IMG/VR virus record: IMGVR_UViG_3300046820_002180
Coordinates: 95,821 to 159,820 of that record
Reading direction: 5' to 3' (one strand)
Origin: a virus
Lineage: Duplodnaviria > Heunggongvirae > Uroviricota > Caudoviricetes
Length of the DNA: 64,000 nt
Part shown: positions 37,461-47,308 of the stretch, one piece after another
Layout: each line of letters opens with the position of its first letter
How positions within the stretch are numbered: position 1 is the stretch's first letter
Translations under genes and position numbers: made by a program
The notes under the pieces: model-generated
The model's input: only the letters and a program-made list of their open reading frames with translations
The model's database searches: none
Told to the model about the DNA's origin: nothing

Positions 37461-39059
37461 ATGAAAAGAACATTACTTGAGGAGATTACAAGAATACATA
37501 CATTAACTTACGGAGTACTATCGGAAGATTTATTGGGTAAGGTAATGGAAGTAGCTTCAACTACAGGTACAACTCAAAACAACGCTGACCCAAAGAAAGC
37601 AGACACTGTGAAGGATGACCTGGCTAACTTCTATGAAACATTAGAGAAGGCGGCAGCCGGCGAAGGAATTACTCAACAAGAAAAAGGTTCAATATCATTT
37701 AAAAATGAAGTTGAATCGATGCAAATCGGTTTAAAATTATTAGGATACGAATTACCAAATTATGGTATTGATGGTTTATTTGGTCCTGAAACTGCAGCAG
37801 CAGTTCAAAAGTTTACAAATGATTATGTAACATCAGGTAGCACCAATACTCAATCAGGTAAAACAGTAAACGAAGCAGTAAACTTAACAAGTGCGGGTGG
37901 TGGTTCATTGATTGGTTATCCCGGTCAAGGTACTCATAGTGCTGAAGGATGGCCAAGTCATAACGCTTGGGACGTTGCAGCACCTGCAGGTACTGACGTT
38001 TATTCTATTTCAAATGGAACGGTTACGGGATTCGTTAAAGGTAGTGGTGGACTTAAAAAGGATGGTGTTAAAAAAATATATGGTGACCAAGTAAAAGTAC
38101 AAAGTTCTGACGGTAAACCAGATGTTTTCTACACACACATTGAAAGTAATGTAAAAAAAGGAGACCAAGTAAAAGAGGGTGATGTTATTGGTAAGATTAT
38201 GACATTGCCAGGTATGCCATCTCACGTTCACGTAGGTCTATCAAGTGGTAACTTAGCAGACTATGTAAATGGATTAACAAAGGCAACCGGTGGCTCAAAA
38301 GCGGCGGCGGGTGGTGGAAGTTCATTGAATATGGTTAAAGCTTCGAGGGAGATGTTACTTAAAATGATTGAACTTCTTAAACTTAAAAATATTACAAAAG
38401 AAGATATTGCAAAATTAAGTAATGCATCTATGAAAGGATTGAAAGGTGCAGTTGACTTAAAAGGTGTTGCAGCAACTGATTTTGAAAAAATGGCTAACAT
38501 CGTAATCGATAATTTGGAGGGTGGTTATTATCACCCTGATATGTTAGCTGACGGTAGAATCAAAGATTCAAGATACGGAGCATCGGGTGAGACTATGATG
38601 GGTATGGATAGAAAAACGGGTGGTTGGGAAACACAAGGTCCTGACGCTAGAGAGTTTTGGAGACTAATTGATGAAGCGGGTGCAAGAACTAATTGGAAAT
38701 ATGGATATATGGGTGGTCCTTTAGAATCAAAACTTAGAGAGTTGGTTCCTAAAATGATGAAACCATTATTCCAAAGATATATGGGAAGTTATATGTCTGA
38801 ACCTGCAAGAGCAATAGTTATGAGTGACCCAGGACTTACGTTTAATTTCGTATACGCTGTTTGGAATGGACCAGGTTGGTTCCAAAGATTCGCAAGAGTT
38901 ATGAATGAAAAAGTGGCTTCAGGAATTACCGACCCTAAAGAACTTTTAAATATTGCAGTTGAAACAAGAAAGAATTGGAGTTCTTCCAATAAGGCATCTA
39001 ACAGTCTAATTGCCCAAGGAGGTAGAAAGATTGAGAAGATTGTTAGCAGTATGGCTTAA
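37461..39059 (+). CDS. Multidomain peptidoglycan hydrolase: PG-binding domain + M23 endopeptidase + GH108-like muramidase (start at first ATG; the track uses an upstream TTG)
   Basis: GIDGLFGPETAAAVQKF (PG_binding_1-like), HNAWD...PSHVHVG (M23 HxxxD / HxH), EGGYYHPDMLADG resembles the GH108 EGGY..DP motif. Confidence 0.6.
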   Translation: MKRTLLEEITRIHTLTYGVLSEDLLGKVMEVASTTGTTQNNADPKKADTVKDDLANFYETLEKAAAGEGITQQEKGSISFKNEVESMQIGLKLLGYELPNYGIDGLFGPETAAAVQKFTNDYVTSGSTNTQSGKTVNEAVNLTSAGGGSLIGYPGQGTHSAEGWPSHNAWDVAAPAGTDVYSISNGTVTGFVKGSGGLKKDGVKKIYGDQVKVQSSDGKPDVFYTHIESNVKKGDQVKEGDVIGKIMTLPGMPSHVHVGLSSGNLADYVNGLTKATGGSKAAAGGGSSLNMVKASREMLLKMIELLKLKNITKEDIAKLSNASMKGLKGAVDLKGVAATDFEKMANIVIDNLEGGYYHPDMLADGRIKDSRYGASGETMMGMDRKTGGWETQGPDAREFWRLIDEAGARTNWKYGYMGGPLESKLRELVPKMMKPLFQRYMGSYMSEPARAIVMSDPGLTFNFVYAVWNGPGWFQRFARVMNEKVASGITDPKELLNIAVETRKNWSSSNKASNSLIAQGGRKIEKIVSSMA

Positions 39060-39087
39060 TCATTTTTTAATTTTTTTCAATATTGTT

Positions 39088-39116
39088 TTGGATTTATCAA
39101 ATATATTCTTATATTT
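39088..39116 (+). promoter_or_regulatory. Sigma70-like promoter candidate TTGGAT-N16/17-TATATT, about 6 nt upstream of the ATG
   Basis: Hexamers in the 62-nt gap before the 39122 gene, same geometry as the 16442 promoter. Confidence 0.3.
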
Positions 39117-39121
39117 GACTT

Positions 39122-39412
39122 ATGAACAATTTCGATTTAAGACACATAGGACAAGGTGACCACATTGGTGTGACCACGTCAAAACCTGTCGAATTAAGAA
39201 ACACAATACTTCTGACAGACAATACTGAAGACATAACGTTGGATGTTAAAATAACCGCGGACTTCAGTACGATACCTGAAAAGTACCACGAGGTTTTTTT
39301 AAATATGTTGACCTCAAAATACTATGGTAAGGTGTCATTCGGTGATAACCCATTCTCACAATGTTTACCACCTAAAGAGAAAAAATGGTGGCAATTTTGG
39401 AAAATTAAATAA
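39122..39412 (+). CDS. Hypothetical small protein
   Basis: 96-aa ORF. Confidence 0.4.
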   Translation: MNNFDLRHIGQGDHIGVTTSKPVELRNTILLTDNTEDITLDVKITADFSTIPEKYHEVFLNMLTSKYYGKVSFGDNPFSQCLPPKEKKWWQFWKIK

Positions 39413-39414
39413 CT

Positions 39415-39687
39415 ATGAAATTAGAAACTAAATTAAGAGGTGTTATTGTACTATTAGTATTAATCCTATTGTGGATGACGGTTATGTGGAATAACGACAT
39501 ATCAACCATTCAAGTACAAAAAACCACAATAGATAACCTCAACAACACAAAAGACAGTCTTTATGATGAGAATTTCATTAAATCTGTTGAGTTGGGTAGA
39601 CACGAATTAACCAGAGACTTTTTCTTCGAAAAACACAAAAACCTTCAACTCGAATACGAGAATTATCTTAATCACGAAACCGAATAA
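39415..39687 (+). CDS. Signal-anchor small protein (spanin/holin-region candidate)
   Basis: N-terminal GVIVLLVLILLWMTVMW hydrophobic segment; follows the peptidoglycan hydrolase. Confidence 0.35.
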   Translation: MKLETKLRGVIVLLVLILLWMTVMWNNDISTIQVQKTTIDNLNNTKDSLYDENFIKSVELGRHELTRDFFFEKHKNLQLEYENYLNHETE

Positions 39688-39689
39688 CT

Positions 39690-39836
39690 ATGTTTTTCTA
39701 CATTGGAATTGGTATGATTGTAGTAGGTCTATGGACGGCTTTTGAAATCTACAGAGCCCCTATGATGGATGAAAAAACCGGAAGAATCCTAAAACCGGGT
39801 AAAAAACTATCAGACCTATTCAAGAAAAAGAAATAA
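39690..39836 (+). CDS. Small 48-aa membrane protein (MFFYIGIGMIVVGLWTAFEIY...), holin-like candidate
   Basis: ATG-initiated ORF with one transmembrane segment and a basic C-terminus; below the track cutoff. Confidence 0.25.
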   Translation: MFFYIGIGMIVVGLWTAFEIYRAPMMDEKTGRILKPGKKLSDLFKKKK

Positions 39837-39909
39837 AGTTCCTATAGCTTTACTAATATAAAGAATTAAAGTACGTTTTGGTATATTTATAGAATAAAAC
39901 CAAAACATA

Positions 39910-41211
39910 ATGGAATTTTTAACTAAAGAATTTATATCTAAACTTATACTTGAAGAAGTTCAAAGTTATGAGTTATCGGAAATGGCCCTCAATGCAATGT
40001 GGGCACCCTCTGAATTACCTCAACAAATGACATTTAACGTGGATTCTATAAGAGGAATTCCTGTAAATGCTATTGATTCAAAGACAGGTGAGCAATTAGA
40101 ACCAGGTGTCATTAAGTCTCATACGGTGAGAACGGGCCCATTAGAACACAGATTAGTACCATTCCTTAATTTGGAAAATGGAAAACGAGAAACAAGATAT
40201 GTTGAGATTGATGGAAATGATAATGTAATCAATACATTTAAATTCCCACCAAGAACACCAAAGTATGGTACAAGTTACGAAGGTCCTGTAGATACTGAAG
40301 TAAAGGTTGACAAAAGAATTGATAAATTAGGTGCTAGACAAAAGAAATTCGGTTGGAATAAGGAAGATGAGGAACAAAGAGCTAAAGTAAAAGAGAGACT
40401 TGAGTTAAGTGCAAAAGATGCTAAAGCTAAGAGAACACTTGTAAACCCATTAATAAATGCGTTCTTTGGTCAAAAAAGTATAATAACACATTTGGATAAA
40501 TGTGGAATTCCTGAATTAAAAGGAGAATCTCAATTTACGGAACCAACATCAAACATTAATATTTTATCACCATATAGAAATAAAGAATCTATGTTTTGTG
40601 GACCTGAAATATATTTCAACTATCACACAGTTAGAGATGATAATGATATTCAAGATGCAATCGACAAAGTTCTTAATTTCAGAATGTCTTTAGAAACCGG
40701 TGCAAAACCAAAAGGACAAAGACCTGAACCAGGTAAAATGGTGAGAAATTATGCTGGTCAAGTTTATTCAGGTGGAAAGTGGGACCCACAACAAAGAGCA
40801 TATGATAAATCACAATTTGAATTAACACCAATTTATAAATTGTATAAACAAGCAGTTCAAAAAGGTGAAAAGGCTTTCAACGTTATTTCTGACTTAACGG
40901 TAATAGGAAATGTTACAGGTGATGTTTATAAATTAAATGCGATATTCACCGCAACAAATTCAGTTAGAACGATTCAACAAACATTTGCATCTAAAAGAGG
41001 AAATTTATTTGACCCAATTAGAGCGAGTGTAACATACCCACTTGGTGATATGAACCCAAATTCAATGAATTGTATTGAGAATGAGGACATATTCAAACAA
41101 TTATACTTAGAACTATTTCAAGAGTTAACTACTAAAATTTTAGAGGTTGAACCTGATGGTGTTCTTGAGAAATTATTATTTGAACCAAATGAGGTTACAA
41201 ACGTTGATTAA
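39910..41211 (+). CDS. Hypothetical 433-aa protein (possibly structural)
   Basis: Long ORF after an intergenic gap. Confidence 0.5.
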   Translation: MEFLTKEFISKLILEEVQSYELSEMALNAMWAPSELPQQMTFNVDSIRGIPVNAIDSKTGEQLEPGVIKSHTVRTGPLEHRLVPFLNLENGKRETRYVEIDGNDNVINTFKFPPRTPKYGTSYEGPVDTEVKVDKRIDKLGARQKKFGWNKEDEEQRAKVKERLELSAKDAKAKRTLVNPLINAFFGQKSIITHLDKCGIPELKGESQFTEPTSNINILSPYRNKESMFCGPEIYFNYHTVRDDNDIQDAIDKVLNFRMSLETGAKPKGQRPEPGKMVRNYAGQVYSGGKWDPQQRAYDKSQFELTPIYKLYKQAVQKGEKAFNVISDLTVIGNVTGDVYKLNAIFTATNSVRTIQQTFASKRGNLFDPIRASVTYPLGDMNPNSMNCIENEDIFKQLYLELFQELTTKILEVEPDGVLEKLLFEPNEVTNVD

Positions 41212-41241
41212 CATAATATAATAAAAAAAATACATATTAAA

Positions 41242-41484
41242 ATGGGAAAGAAAATAGCAATTACCGAATCACAACTTAAAAATGTTGTAAAATTAGTTGA
41301 AGACTATACTTGGGATGAAATGTTGAAAAACTACCAATCTAATAAAGAAAGTGAGGTTTCGATGTCTCGTGATGACGCATCTTTACTAACCAATTTAGCA
41401 ATTAGATGGTGTGAAGGAAAGGACAATCTACCTGATTGTAAACACGTTATGAAACTACACTCCAAACATCAATTATTTATGTAA
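41242..41484 (+). CDS. Hypothetical small protein
   Basis: 80-aa ORF followed by a strong terminator. Confidence 0.45.
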   Translation: MGKKIAITESQLKNVVKLVEDYTWDEMLKNYQSNKESEVSMSRDDASLLTNLAIRWCEGKDNLPDCKHVMKLHSKHQLFM

Positions 41485-41490
41485 AAAATT

Positions 41491-41519
41491 AACCTCACAA
41501 ATGTGAGGTTTTTTTTTGT
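41491..41519 (+). terminator. Rho-independent terminator
   Basis: AACCTCACA aat TGTGAGGTT followed by nine Ts. Confidence 0.7.
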
Positions 41520-41552
41520 TATTCAAGAATATATTTTATATTTGTATTTTAA

Positions 41553-41738
41553 ATGAATATTATGAAAAATACAAGTAAATTCCTCAAACTACTGTTAGTG
41601 ATGGCATCACCCGGATTGTTCATCATTTTTTACCCGAAAATCAATATGGATTTTGGATTGTTGATTTTTTTTGTTATATTTTTTACATCTGTTATTCACA
41701 CCTTTAATTTCATAAAAAATGATTTACGTATCAATTGA
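41553..41738 (+). CDS. Small membrane protein
   Basis: 61-aa ORF with two hydrophobic segments. Confidence 0.3.
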   Translation: MNIMKNTSKFLKLLLVMASPGLFIIFYPKINMDFGLLIFFVIFFTSVIHTFNFIKNDLRIN

Positions 41739-42387
41739 TATTGAGACATCCGGTCTTGACCACGAGAAACACAAAGTATTATCCATCGGTGCAATCATCG
41801 AAGATACTGAAAAGAAGTTACCATATGAAGAATGTCCCAAGTTCAATGCAATAGTCCTTCAAAACGAAATCACAGGTTCACCAAGAGCAATCACGATGAA
41901 CAAAGAAATCATTGCAATGATTGGTGAATATCTTGAAGGGACTAATGAGACTAGACATTTAATGAACACACATTCTGATTATAGTTTTTATGAGAAAGAA
42001 GATGTGATTAAAGAATTTTATTACTTCTTAGATAAGAATGGATTTGGCCACGGACTAACCAACAGTGGTGGTTATGCCGAAGTTGTTGATGGCGTAACCA
42101 GACCAATGATTAATGGTGGTACCAAACCAATCACATTAAATGTTGCGGGTAAAAACTTTGGAACGTTTGATAAACTATTTTTACAAGAACTTCCTTGGTG
42201 GCAAAAGTTAATTCGTACTCGTCAAAGAGTTTTGGACCCGGCAATCTTAATGGTCGATTGGGTAAACGATAAGTCATTACCAAACTTAACAGTTTGTAAA
42301 GAACGTGCGGGTGTTAAAGGTATTGTTACACATAATGCATTGGAAGATGCGTGGGATGTTATTGAAGTATTGAGAAGATGGTATTAA
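41719..42387 (+). CDS. DEDDh 3'-5' exonuclease (DnaQ-like)
   Basis: Exo I motif VSIDIETSGLD and Exo III motif HNALEDAWDV. Confidence 0.6.
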   Translation: MIYVSIDIETSGLDHEKHKVLSIGAIIEDTEKKLPYEECPKFNAIVLQNEITGSPRAITMNKEIIAMIGEYLEGTNETRHLMNTHSDYSFYEKEDVIKEFYYFLDKNGFGHGLTNSGGYAEVVDGVTRPMINGGTKPITLNVAGKNFGTFDKLFLQELPWWQKLIRTRQRVLDPAILMVDWVNDKSLPNLTVCKERAGVKGIVTHNALEDAWDVIEVLRRWY

Positions 42388-42974
42388 AAAGGTATTGGTA
42401 TGGGGATGGTGTTAGTGTTCTTGCTCCTTTAAAGAGTGGGACAAGATGGCTCTATGACTATACTAAACCATTAGCATTTTCAAAGTACGATTCGCACTGT
42501 GATTTAACAAAACATTACACGGGAAACGAGAAAACAAATTACTTTGTTTATAGAGACCCCGAGGAACATTTTATAACAGCATTTCATACTGAAGTCTTAA
42601 CATATTGTAGAGAACGTATTCTTGATGAATTGGATTTAAAACCTGTTATTGAAGTGTTTAAAAAAAACAAAGCGGAACATTGGTCTACAAATCTATGGAG
42701 CACTCTATCAAAAGAAATTACCCAAAGTAAAATAAAGTTTGAGTTTATAAATTTAAAAAATCTATCTACATTATTCGACGGGAAATTCCCATACAATAAA
42801 AAAGAGTATGATTTTGAATACAACAGAATTTATCTAACAAAAAAAGAATTGTTAGATAATTTAAAAAAGGAATACCCGAATGATTGGATATTCTTTAATG
42901 AAGTAATAAAGAAAGAAACAAGTACAATGAATAAAGTAATTTACCAATCAAAAAAAATGAATTATGGGTTGTGA
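42378..42974 (+). CDS. Sulfotransferase-like protein
   Basis: APLKSGTRWL resembles the 5'-PSB loop and VYRDPEEHFITAF the 3'-PB motif (RxPxDxxxSxxxF). Confidence 0.35.
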   Translation: MVLKRYWYGDGVSVLAPLKSGTRWLYDYTKPLAFSKYDSHCDLTKHYTGNEKTNYFVYRDPEEHFITAFHTEVLTYCRERILDELDLKPVIEVFKKNKAEHWSTNLWSTLSKEITQSKIKFEFINLKNLSTLFDGKFPYNKKEYDFEYNRIYLTKKELLDNLKKEYPNDWIFFNEVIKKETSTMNKVIYQSKKMNYGL

Positions 42975-43380
42975 TATTCACGGATTTATTGAGTATCGTA
43001 GTAAGGATGACAAAAGAGATGAACCACAATGGAATGCGGTTTCAGAAGAACTTAGTTTAGGTAGAAACTATAATTTATTTGGTTACTTAACTGATGGTCA
43101 AGTTAGATACAACCCTGAATTAGAATTTGGTGTGAGACCAAAAGGATTACCAAAAGGTAACCTAAGTTTTGAAGTTAGGGAAGCTAATGGGGATGATGAA
43201 TATAATCATTCACACTCTTGGTTATCATTGAATGAATATGAAATGTTAATTGAGGAGATGTTAAAGAATGAAGATGAGGATGTGTTTGTTGGGACCGATT
43301 ATCATCTTGTACTAGATATAATGAAATCATTGGATAATCGTGGTATGGTTCCTCGATTTGTCTTTTGGTTCGATAGTTAA
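42964..43380 (+). CDS. Hypothetical protein
   Basis: 138-aa ORF. Confidence 0.4.
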   Translation: MGCDIHGFIEYRSKDDKRDEPQWNAVSEELSLGRNYNLFGYLTDGQVRYNPELEFGVRPKGLPKGNLSFEVREANGDDEYNHSHSWLSLNEYEMLIEEMLKNEDEDVFVGTDYHLVLDIMKSLDNRGMVPRFVFWFDS

Positions 43381-43389
43381 AATTATTAT

Positions 43390-43710
43390 ATGTCATATAT
43401 TATTGGAAAGAAATGTATTAATTGTTTGGATACCAGTTGCGTATCTGTTTGTCCTGTCGATGCTATCAATGGACCAATCCATATTGATAGAATAGCTTCG
43501 GAGATTTCTACAATGTCGAAGGAGGAATTGTTCGGTAAACAATTATACATAAATCCTGACACTTGTATTGATTGTGGTGCTTGTGAACCTGAATGTCCTG
43601 TTGATGCAATATTCCCAACAGAAGAAGTTGCAGTTTCAATGGGGGACAAAGAATCGGTAATTACCAATTACGGATTTTATGGGATGACATATAAAAAATT
43701 CGAACAATAA
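43390..43710 (+). CDS. 2x[4Fe-4S] ferredoxin
   Basis: Two CxxCxxCxxxCP clusters ([18 protein letters not shown] and [16 protein letters not shown]). Confidence 0.7.
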   Translation: MSYIIGKKCINCLDTSCVSVCPVDAINGPIHIDRIASEISTMSKEELFGKQLYINPDTCIDCGACEPECPVDAIFPTEEVAVSMGDKESVITNYGFYGMTYKKFEQ

Positions 43711-43725
43711 TTTGGAAATTCCAAA
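43711..43725. promoter_or_regulatory. Palindrome TTTGGAAATTCCAAA (putative operator/promoter element), copy 1
   Basis: Palindrome with a single central base, directly after the ferredoxin stop and 35 nt upstream of the next ATG. Confidence 0.4.
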
Positions 43726-43759
43726 ATTATTTAATATATTTTAATAAAACTTACTAACT

Positions 43760-44158
43760 ATGAAAGACACTTTTAAAAAAGTTTTCTCTAAGAAAACATC
43801 TTCACCAATCTTTGTTGGTTTCGGAACGTTCGCAATTTTTACATTCATTGTATTTCCAGGACTAACGGCATCAAGTACAATTCTCAATATCTTATCAGGA
43901 GTACTTGGTTTGTTTAGTTTAATGTTTGTTTACTACTACATTAATATGGATAAGTTTGTTGATGGTTTAATGAATATCGAACCCGGAGAAACCGAACTTG
44001 ATTACATCAATCCTGACGAATTGAAACCAAAGAAAAAAAGAAACTCAAAACAATTCGATGGAGTTAAGACCGATGAACCTTTCGTGAAAACCAGAAAGAA
44101 AAACAAACCCGAGTTCCCAATGAAACCTCATCACTCAACAATAAATAAAACAAAATAA
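43760..44158 (+). CDS. Membrane protein with basic C-terminal tail
   Basis: Two hydrophobic segments, then a Lys-rich tail. Confidence 0.4.
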   Translation: MKDTFKKVFSKKTSSPIFVGFGTFAIFTFIVFPGLTASSTILNILSGVLGLFSLMFVYYYINMDKFVDGLMNIEPGETELDYINPDELKPKKKRNSKQFDGVKTDEPFVKTRKKNKPEFPMKPHHSTINKTK

Positions 44159-44159
44159 T

Positions 44160-45074
44160 ATGGCATTCGAATCGTTTGAAGAAAGGTATGCTCGCCAAAT
44201 GAAAGAGCGTGATGAAGAACAATTAAAAGCAAAATTAAAACTAAAAAAAATTATGAGAAACATTTTAATCGGAGTAGGATTATTTTTTACATTAACTTTT
44301 TTATTTTTCTCGTGTGAGAGAATCGACGCAGGACACGTAGGTGTAAAAGTTAACCAATATGGTGACAATAAAGGTGTTGATGACGTGGTAGCAGTTACAG
44401 GTATGGTGTTTTATAACCCATTCACAACTACAGTGTATGAATTTCCTACATTCATTCAACACAAAGAGTATAAAGGAGAGAATTCATTTGTTGTGAATAG
44501 TAAAGATGGTAGTGAATTCAGTGTCTCACCAATTATGAACTATTCAGTACAGAGAGAGAAAGTACCAGCTATTTTTAGTAAGTATCGTAGACCATTAGAG
44601 GACATCGAAGAAGGATTCTTAAAGACTGCTGTATACGATGCATTCAGATTGGCAACTAACAAGTATACCGCTGATGAGTTGATTAGTAACAGAGCAGTAT
44701 TTGAAATTGAAGTTCGTAGATTATTGGACGGTCAGCTATTAAAAGAGGGATTTGTAATTAATCAATTCACTTCTAATTTGATTTATCCTGAAACATTTAA
44801 GAAATCAATTGAAGCTAAGAACAACGCAGTTCAAGCGGCGTTAAGGGCTGAGAATGAAGTTAAAACTGCGGAAGCACAAGCAAAGATTAAAGTGGCAACC
44901 GCAGAGGGTAACGCTCAAGCAATGTTAACATCCGCAAAGGCTGAGGCGGAATCAAATAGAATGAAACAACAAACATTGACCCCATTGTTATTACAATTAG
45001 AGTACATTAATAAGTGGGATGGTAAGTTACCGGTATATGGAACAGTACCTCAAATGTTTAAAAATATTCAATAA
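44160..45074 (+). CDS. SPFH/band-7 (stomatin/HflKC-like) membrane protein
   Basis: N-terminal transmembrane segment followed by SPFH-like core and C-terminal Ala/Glu/Lys-rich coiled coil. Confidence 0.55.
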   Translation: MAFESFEERYARQMKERDEEQLKAKLKLKKIMRNILIGVGLFFTLTFLFFSCERIDAGHVGVKVNQYGDNKGVDDVVAVTGMVFYNPFTTTVYEFPTFIQHKEYKGENSFVVNSKDGSEFSVSPIMNYSVQREKVPAIFSKYRRPLEDIEEGFLKTAVYDAFRLATNKYTADELISNRAVFEIEVRRLLDGQLLKEGFVINQFTSNLIYPETFKKSIEAKNNAVQAALRAENEVKTAEAQAKIKVATAEGNAQAMLTSAKAEAESNRMKQQTLTPLLLQLEYINKWDGKLPVYGTVPQMFKNIQ

Positions 45075-45613
45075 TGAAATTTATTAAGACAGACATCGAT
45101 GGATGTTTTCTTATCACATACGAATCATTTCACGACGATAGAGGATTCTTCTCGGTACCGTACAATAAAGAAGACTTTAATCAAAATGTAGGTTATGATG
45201 TTGAGTTTGTTCAGGATAATATGTCATATTCTCATTATGGGACCATTAGAGGACTTCATTTTCAAAAGGGAGAGTATGAACAGGCTAAGTTAGTAACGTG
45301 TACACAAGGACGTGTTTTGGACGTTGTGGTGGATATTAGAAAGGACTCTTCAACCTATGGTGAGGTTGTTAAGGTGGAGTTGGGATGGTCTTTGAATAGA
45401 CAACTCTTCGTTCCAAGGGGATGTGCTCACGGATTCTCAGTATTGAGTACTAACGCAATCTTTCAATACAAGGTTGATAATCAATACAATAAGGAGTCTG
45501 AAGGTGGAATTGTTTATAACGATGAAACCCTAAAAATTGATTGGAAAGTACCAGATGGTCAAAAAAGAGTATCAGATAAGGATTTAGAATTACCAAGTTT
45601 TATATCTTTGTAG
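45074..45613 (+). CDS. rmlC: dTDP-4-dehydrorhamnose 3,5-epimerase (RmlC, cupin)
   Basis: FHDDRGFF, IRGLHFQ, AKLVTCTQGRVLDVVVDIRKDSSTYGE, FVPRGCAHGF motifs of RmlC. Confidence 0.65.
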   Translation: MKFIKTDIDGCFLITYESFHDDRGFFSVPYNKEDFNQNVGYDVEFVQDNMSYSHYGTIRGLHFQKGEYEQAKLVTCTQGRVLDVVVDIRKDSSTYGEVVKVELGWSLNRQLFVPRGCAHGFSVLSTNAIFQYKVDNQYNKESEGGIVYNDETLKIDWKVPDGQKRVSDKDLELPSFISL

Positions 45614-45626
45614 GGTATTTATAAAA

Positions 45627-46061
45627 ATGTATAATATGGAAGATAAAGAATATGTTGGTGATTTAATCTTACTACGAGGAGTACCTGGTTCAGGTAAAAC
45701 TACGGTTGGTGAGGTTATTTTGAGATGTGTAAGAGGTGATAATCCCGATGTTTTATCTGCGGATAACTTCTTTATGTCTGATAAAGGAATTTACAATTTC
45801 GATGGTTCAAAATTGAAAGAGGCACATAATGATTGTCTTTTGAAATGTGCTGAGAGAATGAAGAATGAGTTCAGTAGAATCGTTGTAGCGAATACATTCA
45901 CTGAAGAGTGGGAAATGGAGAAGTACTTTGAAATTGCTGAAAGATATAAATATCGTGTTCATACTCTTGTTGTGGAGAATCGTCACGGGGGTAATAATGT
46001 ACACGGCGTACCAGATGAAAAGGTCGAACAAATGAGAGACCGATTCAACGTTAAGTTATAA
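45627..46061 (+). CDS. P-loop kinase (polynucleotide-kinase/AAA_33-like)
   Basis: Walker A GVPGSGKTT in a 144-aa protein; sits next to a phosphoesterase and an RNA ligase. Confidence 0.5.
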   Translation: MYNMEDKEYVGDLILLRGVPGSGKTTVGEVILRCVRGDNPDVLSADNFFMSDKGIYNFDGSKLKEAHNDCLLKCAERMKNEFSRIVVANTFTEEWEMEKYFEIAERYKYRVHTLVVENRHGGNNVHGVPDEKVEQMRDRFNVKL

Positions 46062-46065
46062 TTTA

Positions 46066-46093
46066 ATCCCCGATTTTTCGGGGATTTTTTTTT
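46066..46093 (+). terminator. Rho-independent terminator
   Basis: ATCCCCGA tttt TCGGGGAT followed by a T8-9 run. Confidence 0.65.
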
Positions 46094-46149
46094 GATATTT
46101 TGTAATATCAATAATAATATGTATTTTTACGTAAAAGAACTTACTAACA

Positions 46150-46650
46150 ATGGGAACAAATTATTATCGAATTCCAACGGTGGAAGAGATGGAAAACAAA
46201 AAGACCAAACTAATTCGTAGTGTCACCAATTTAGACATATCACCATCTAACATTGAATGTGGATTTAGAGTTGCGGTTGACGACCAATGGGGTTCAGAAT
46301 CACCTTGGGATACATTTATTGACGGCACTAATATTCATTTAGGTAAACGAAGTAGTGGTTGGAAATTCTGTTGGAATTTTCACAACAACAAATACTACTC
46401 GAATAAAGAAGAACTACTTAAATTCATTCGAGATGGTCGTGTTGTTGATGAATATGGAGAAGAGTTAGATGTGAATGAGTTTATTGTGATGGCTCTTAAT
46501 TGGGGAGAACCTGATGGTTTGGTTGTTAATAAAGAGTATCGTAAACAAGAAAGAATAAAAGGTCACGGGTCATTTTGGACTGATAGTGAAAAATATGACG
46601 ATTTAATAATCGATGGACTTCGAGTAAGTACATCAACTGATTTTTGTTAA
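46150..46650 (+). CDS. Hypothetical protein
   Basis: 166-aa ORF between the kinase and the phosphoesterase. Confidence 0.45.
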   Translation: MGTNYYRIPTVEEMENKKTKLIRSVTNLDISPSNIECGFRVAVDDQWGSESPWDTFIDGTNIHLGKRSSGWKFCWNFHNNKYYSNKEELLKFIRDGRVVDEYGEELDVNEFIVMALNWGEPDGLVVNKEYRKQERIKGHGSFWTDSEKYDDLIIDGLRVSTSTDFC

Positions 46651-46654
46651 TAAG

Positions 46655-47308
46655 ATGATAAAGATAGAAAACGATGTAAAGGTTTGGATAACATCCGATA
46701 CACACTATAACCATAGTAATATATGTCGCGGAACTACCAAATGGAGAATGCCTGATGGTTCGATACCGATAGCACAAACAAGAGATTTTGAAACTATCGA
46801 TAAAATGAATTCCTCAATTGTAAACAACATCAATGAATTGGTAGGTCAAGATGATGTATTAATACATTTGGGTGATTGGTCGTTTGGTGGGTTTGAACAA
46901 ATAGAAGAATTTTACAATAGATTAATCTGTAAGAATATTCATTTAGTTTTGGGTAATCACGACCACCACATCGATAGAAATCGAGACGATATCCGTAATA
47001 AATTTCTAAGTGTTAATTGGTTTGAACAATTCTCATACCAAGGTGAAACAATAGAAATGTGCCACTATCCAATATCATCGTGGAATGGACTTCGTAAAGG
47101 ACGTGTTCATCTTCACGGACATTGTCATTTACCTAACCATAAAAAGTATAGTAATGGACGTAGAATGGATGTTGGTATGGATGGTAACCTTGAGTTCGCA
47201 CCATACGATTTGAAGAAGGTATTGAACGATATGAAGAAAAGAGAGATAGGTTCAGAACTTGGTGCCGATGACCATCACGTAGATGATATGTTAAACGTTG
47301 ACAGATGA
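46655..47308 (+). CDS. Calcineurin-like metallophosphoesterase
   Basis: WITSDTHYNH (DxH), HLGDWSFGG (GD) and VLGNHDHH (GNHD) motifs. Confidence 0.6.
   Translation: MIKIENDVKVWITSDTHYNHSNICRGTTKWRMPDGSIPIAQTRDFETIDKMNSSIVNNINELVGQDDVLIHLGDWSFGGFEQIEEFYNRLICKNIHLVLGNHDHHIDRNRDDIRNKFLSVNWFEQFSYQGETIEMCHYPISSWNGLRKGRVHLHGHCHLPNHKKYSNGRRMDVGMDGNLEFAPYDLKKVLNDMKKREIGSELGADDHHVDDMLNVDR

Noticed and set aside
46093-46112. Inverted repeat TTGATAT-TTTGTA-ATATCAA just after the 46066 terminator
   Set aside because: A single occurrence in an AT-rich spacer; could be an operator but there is no second copy or context to support it.
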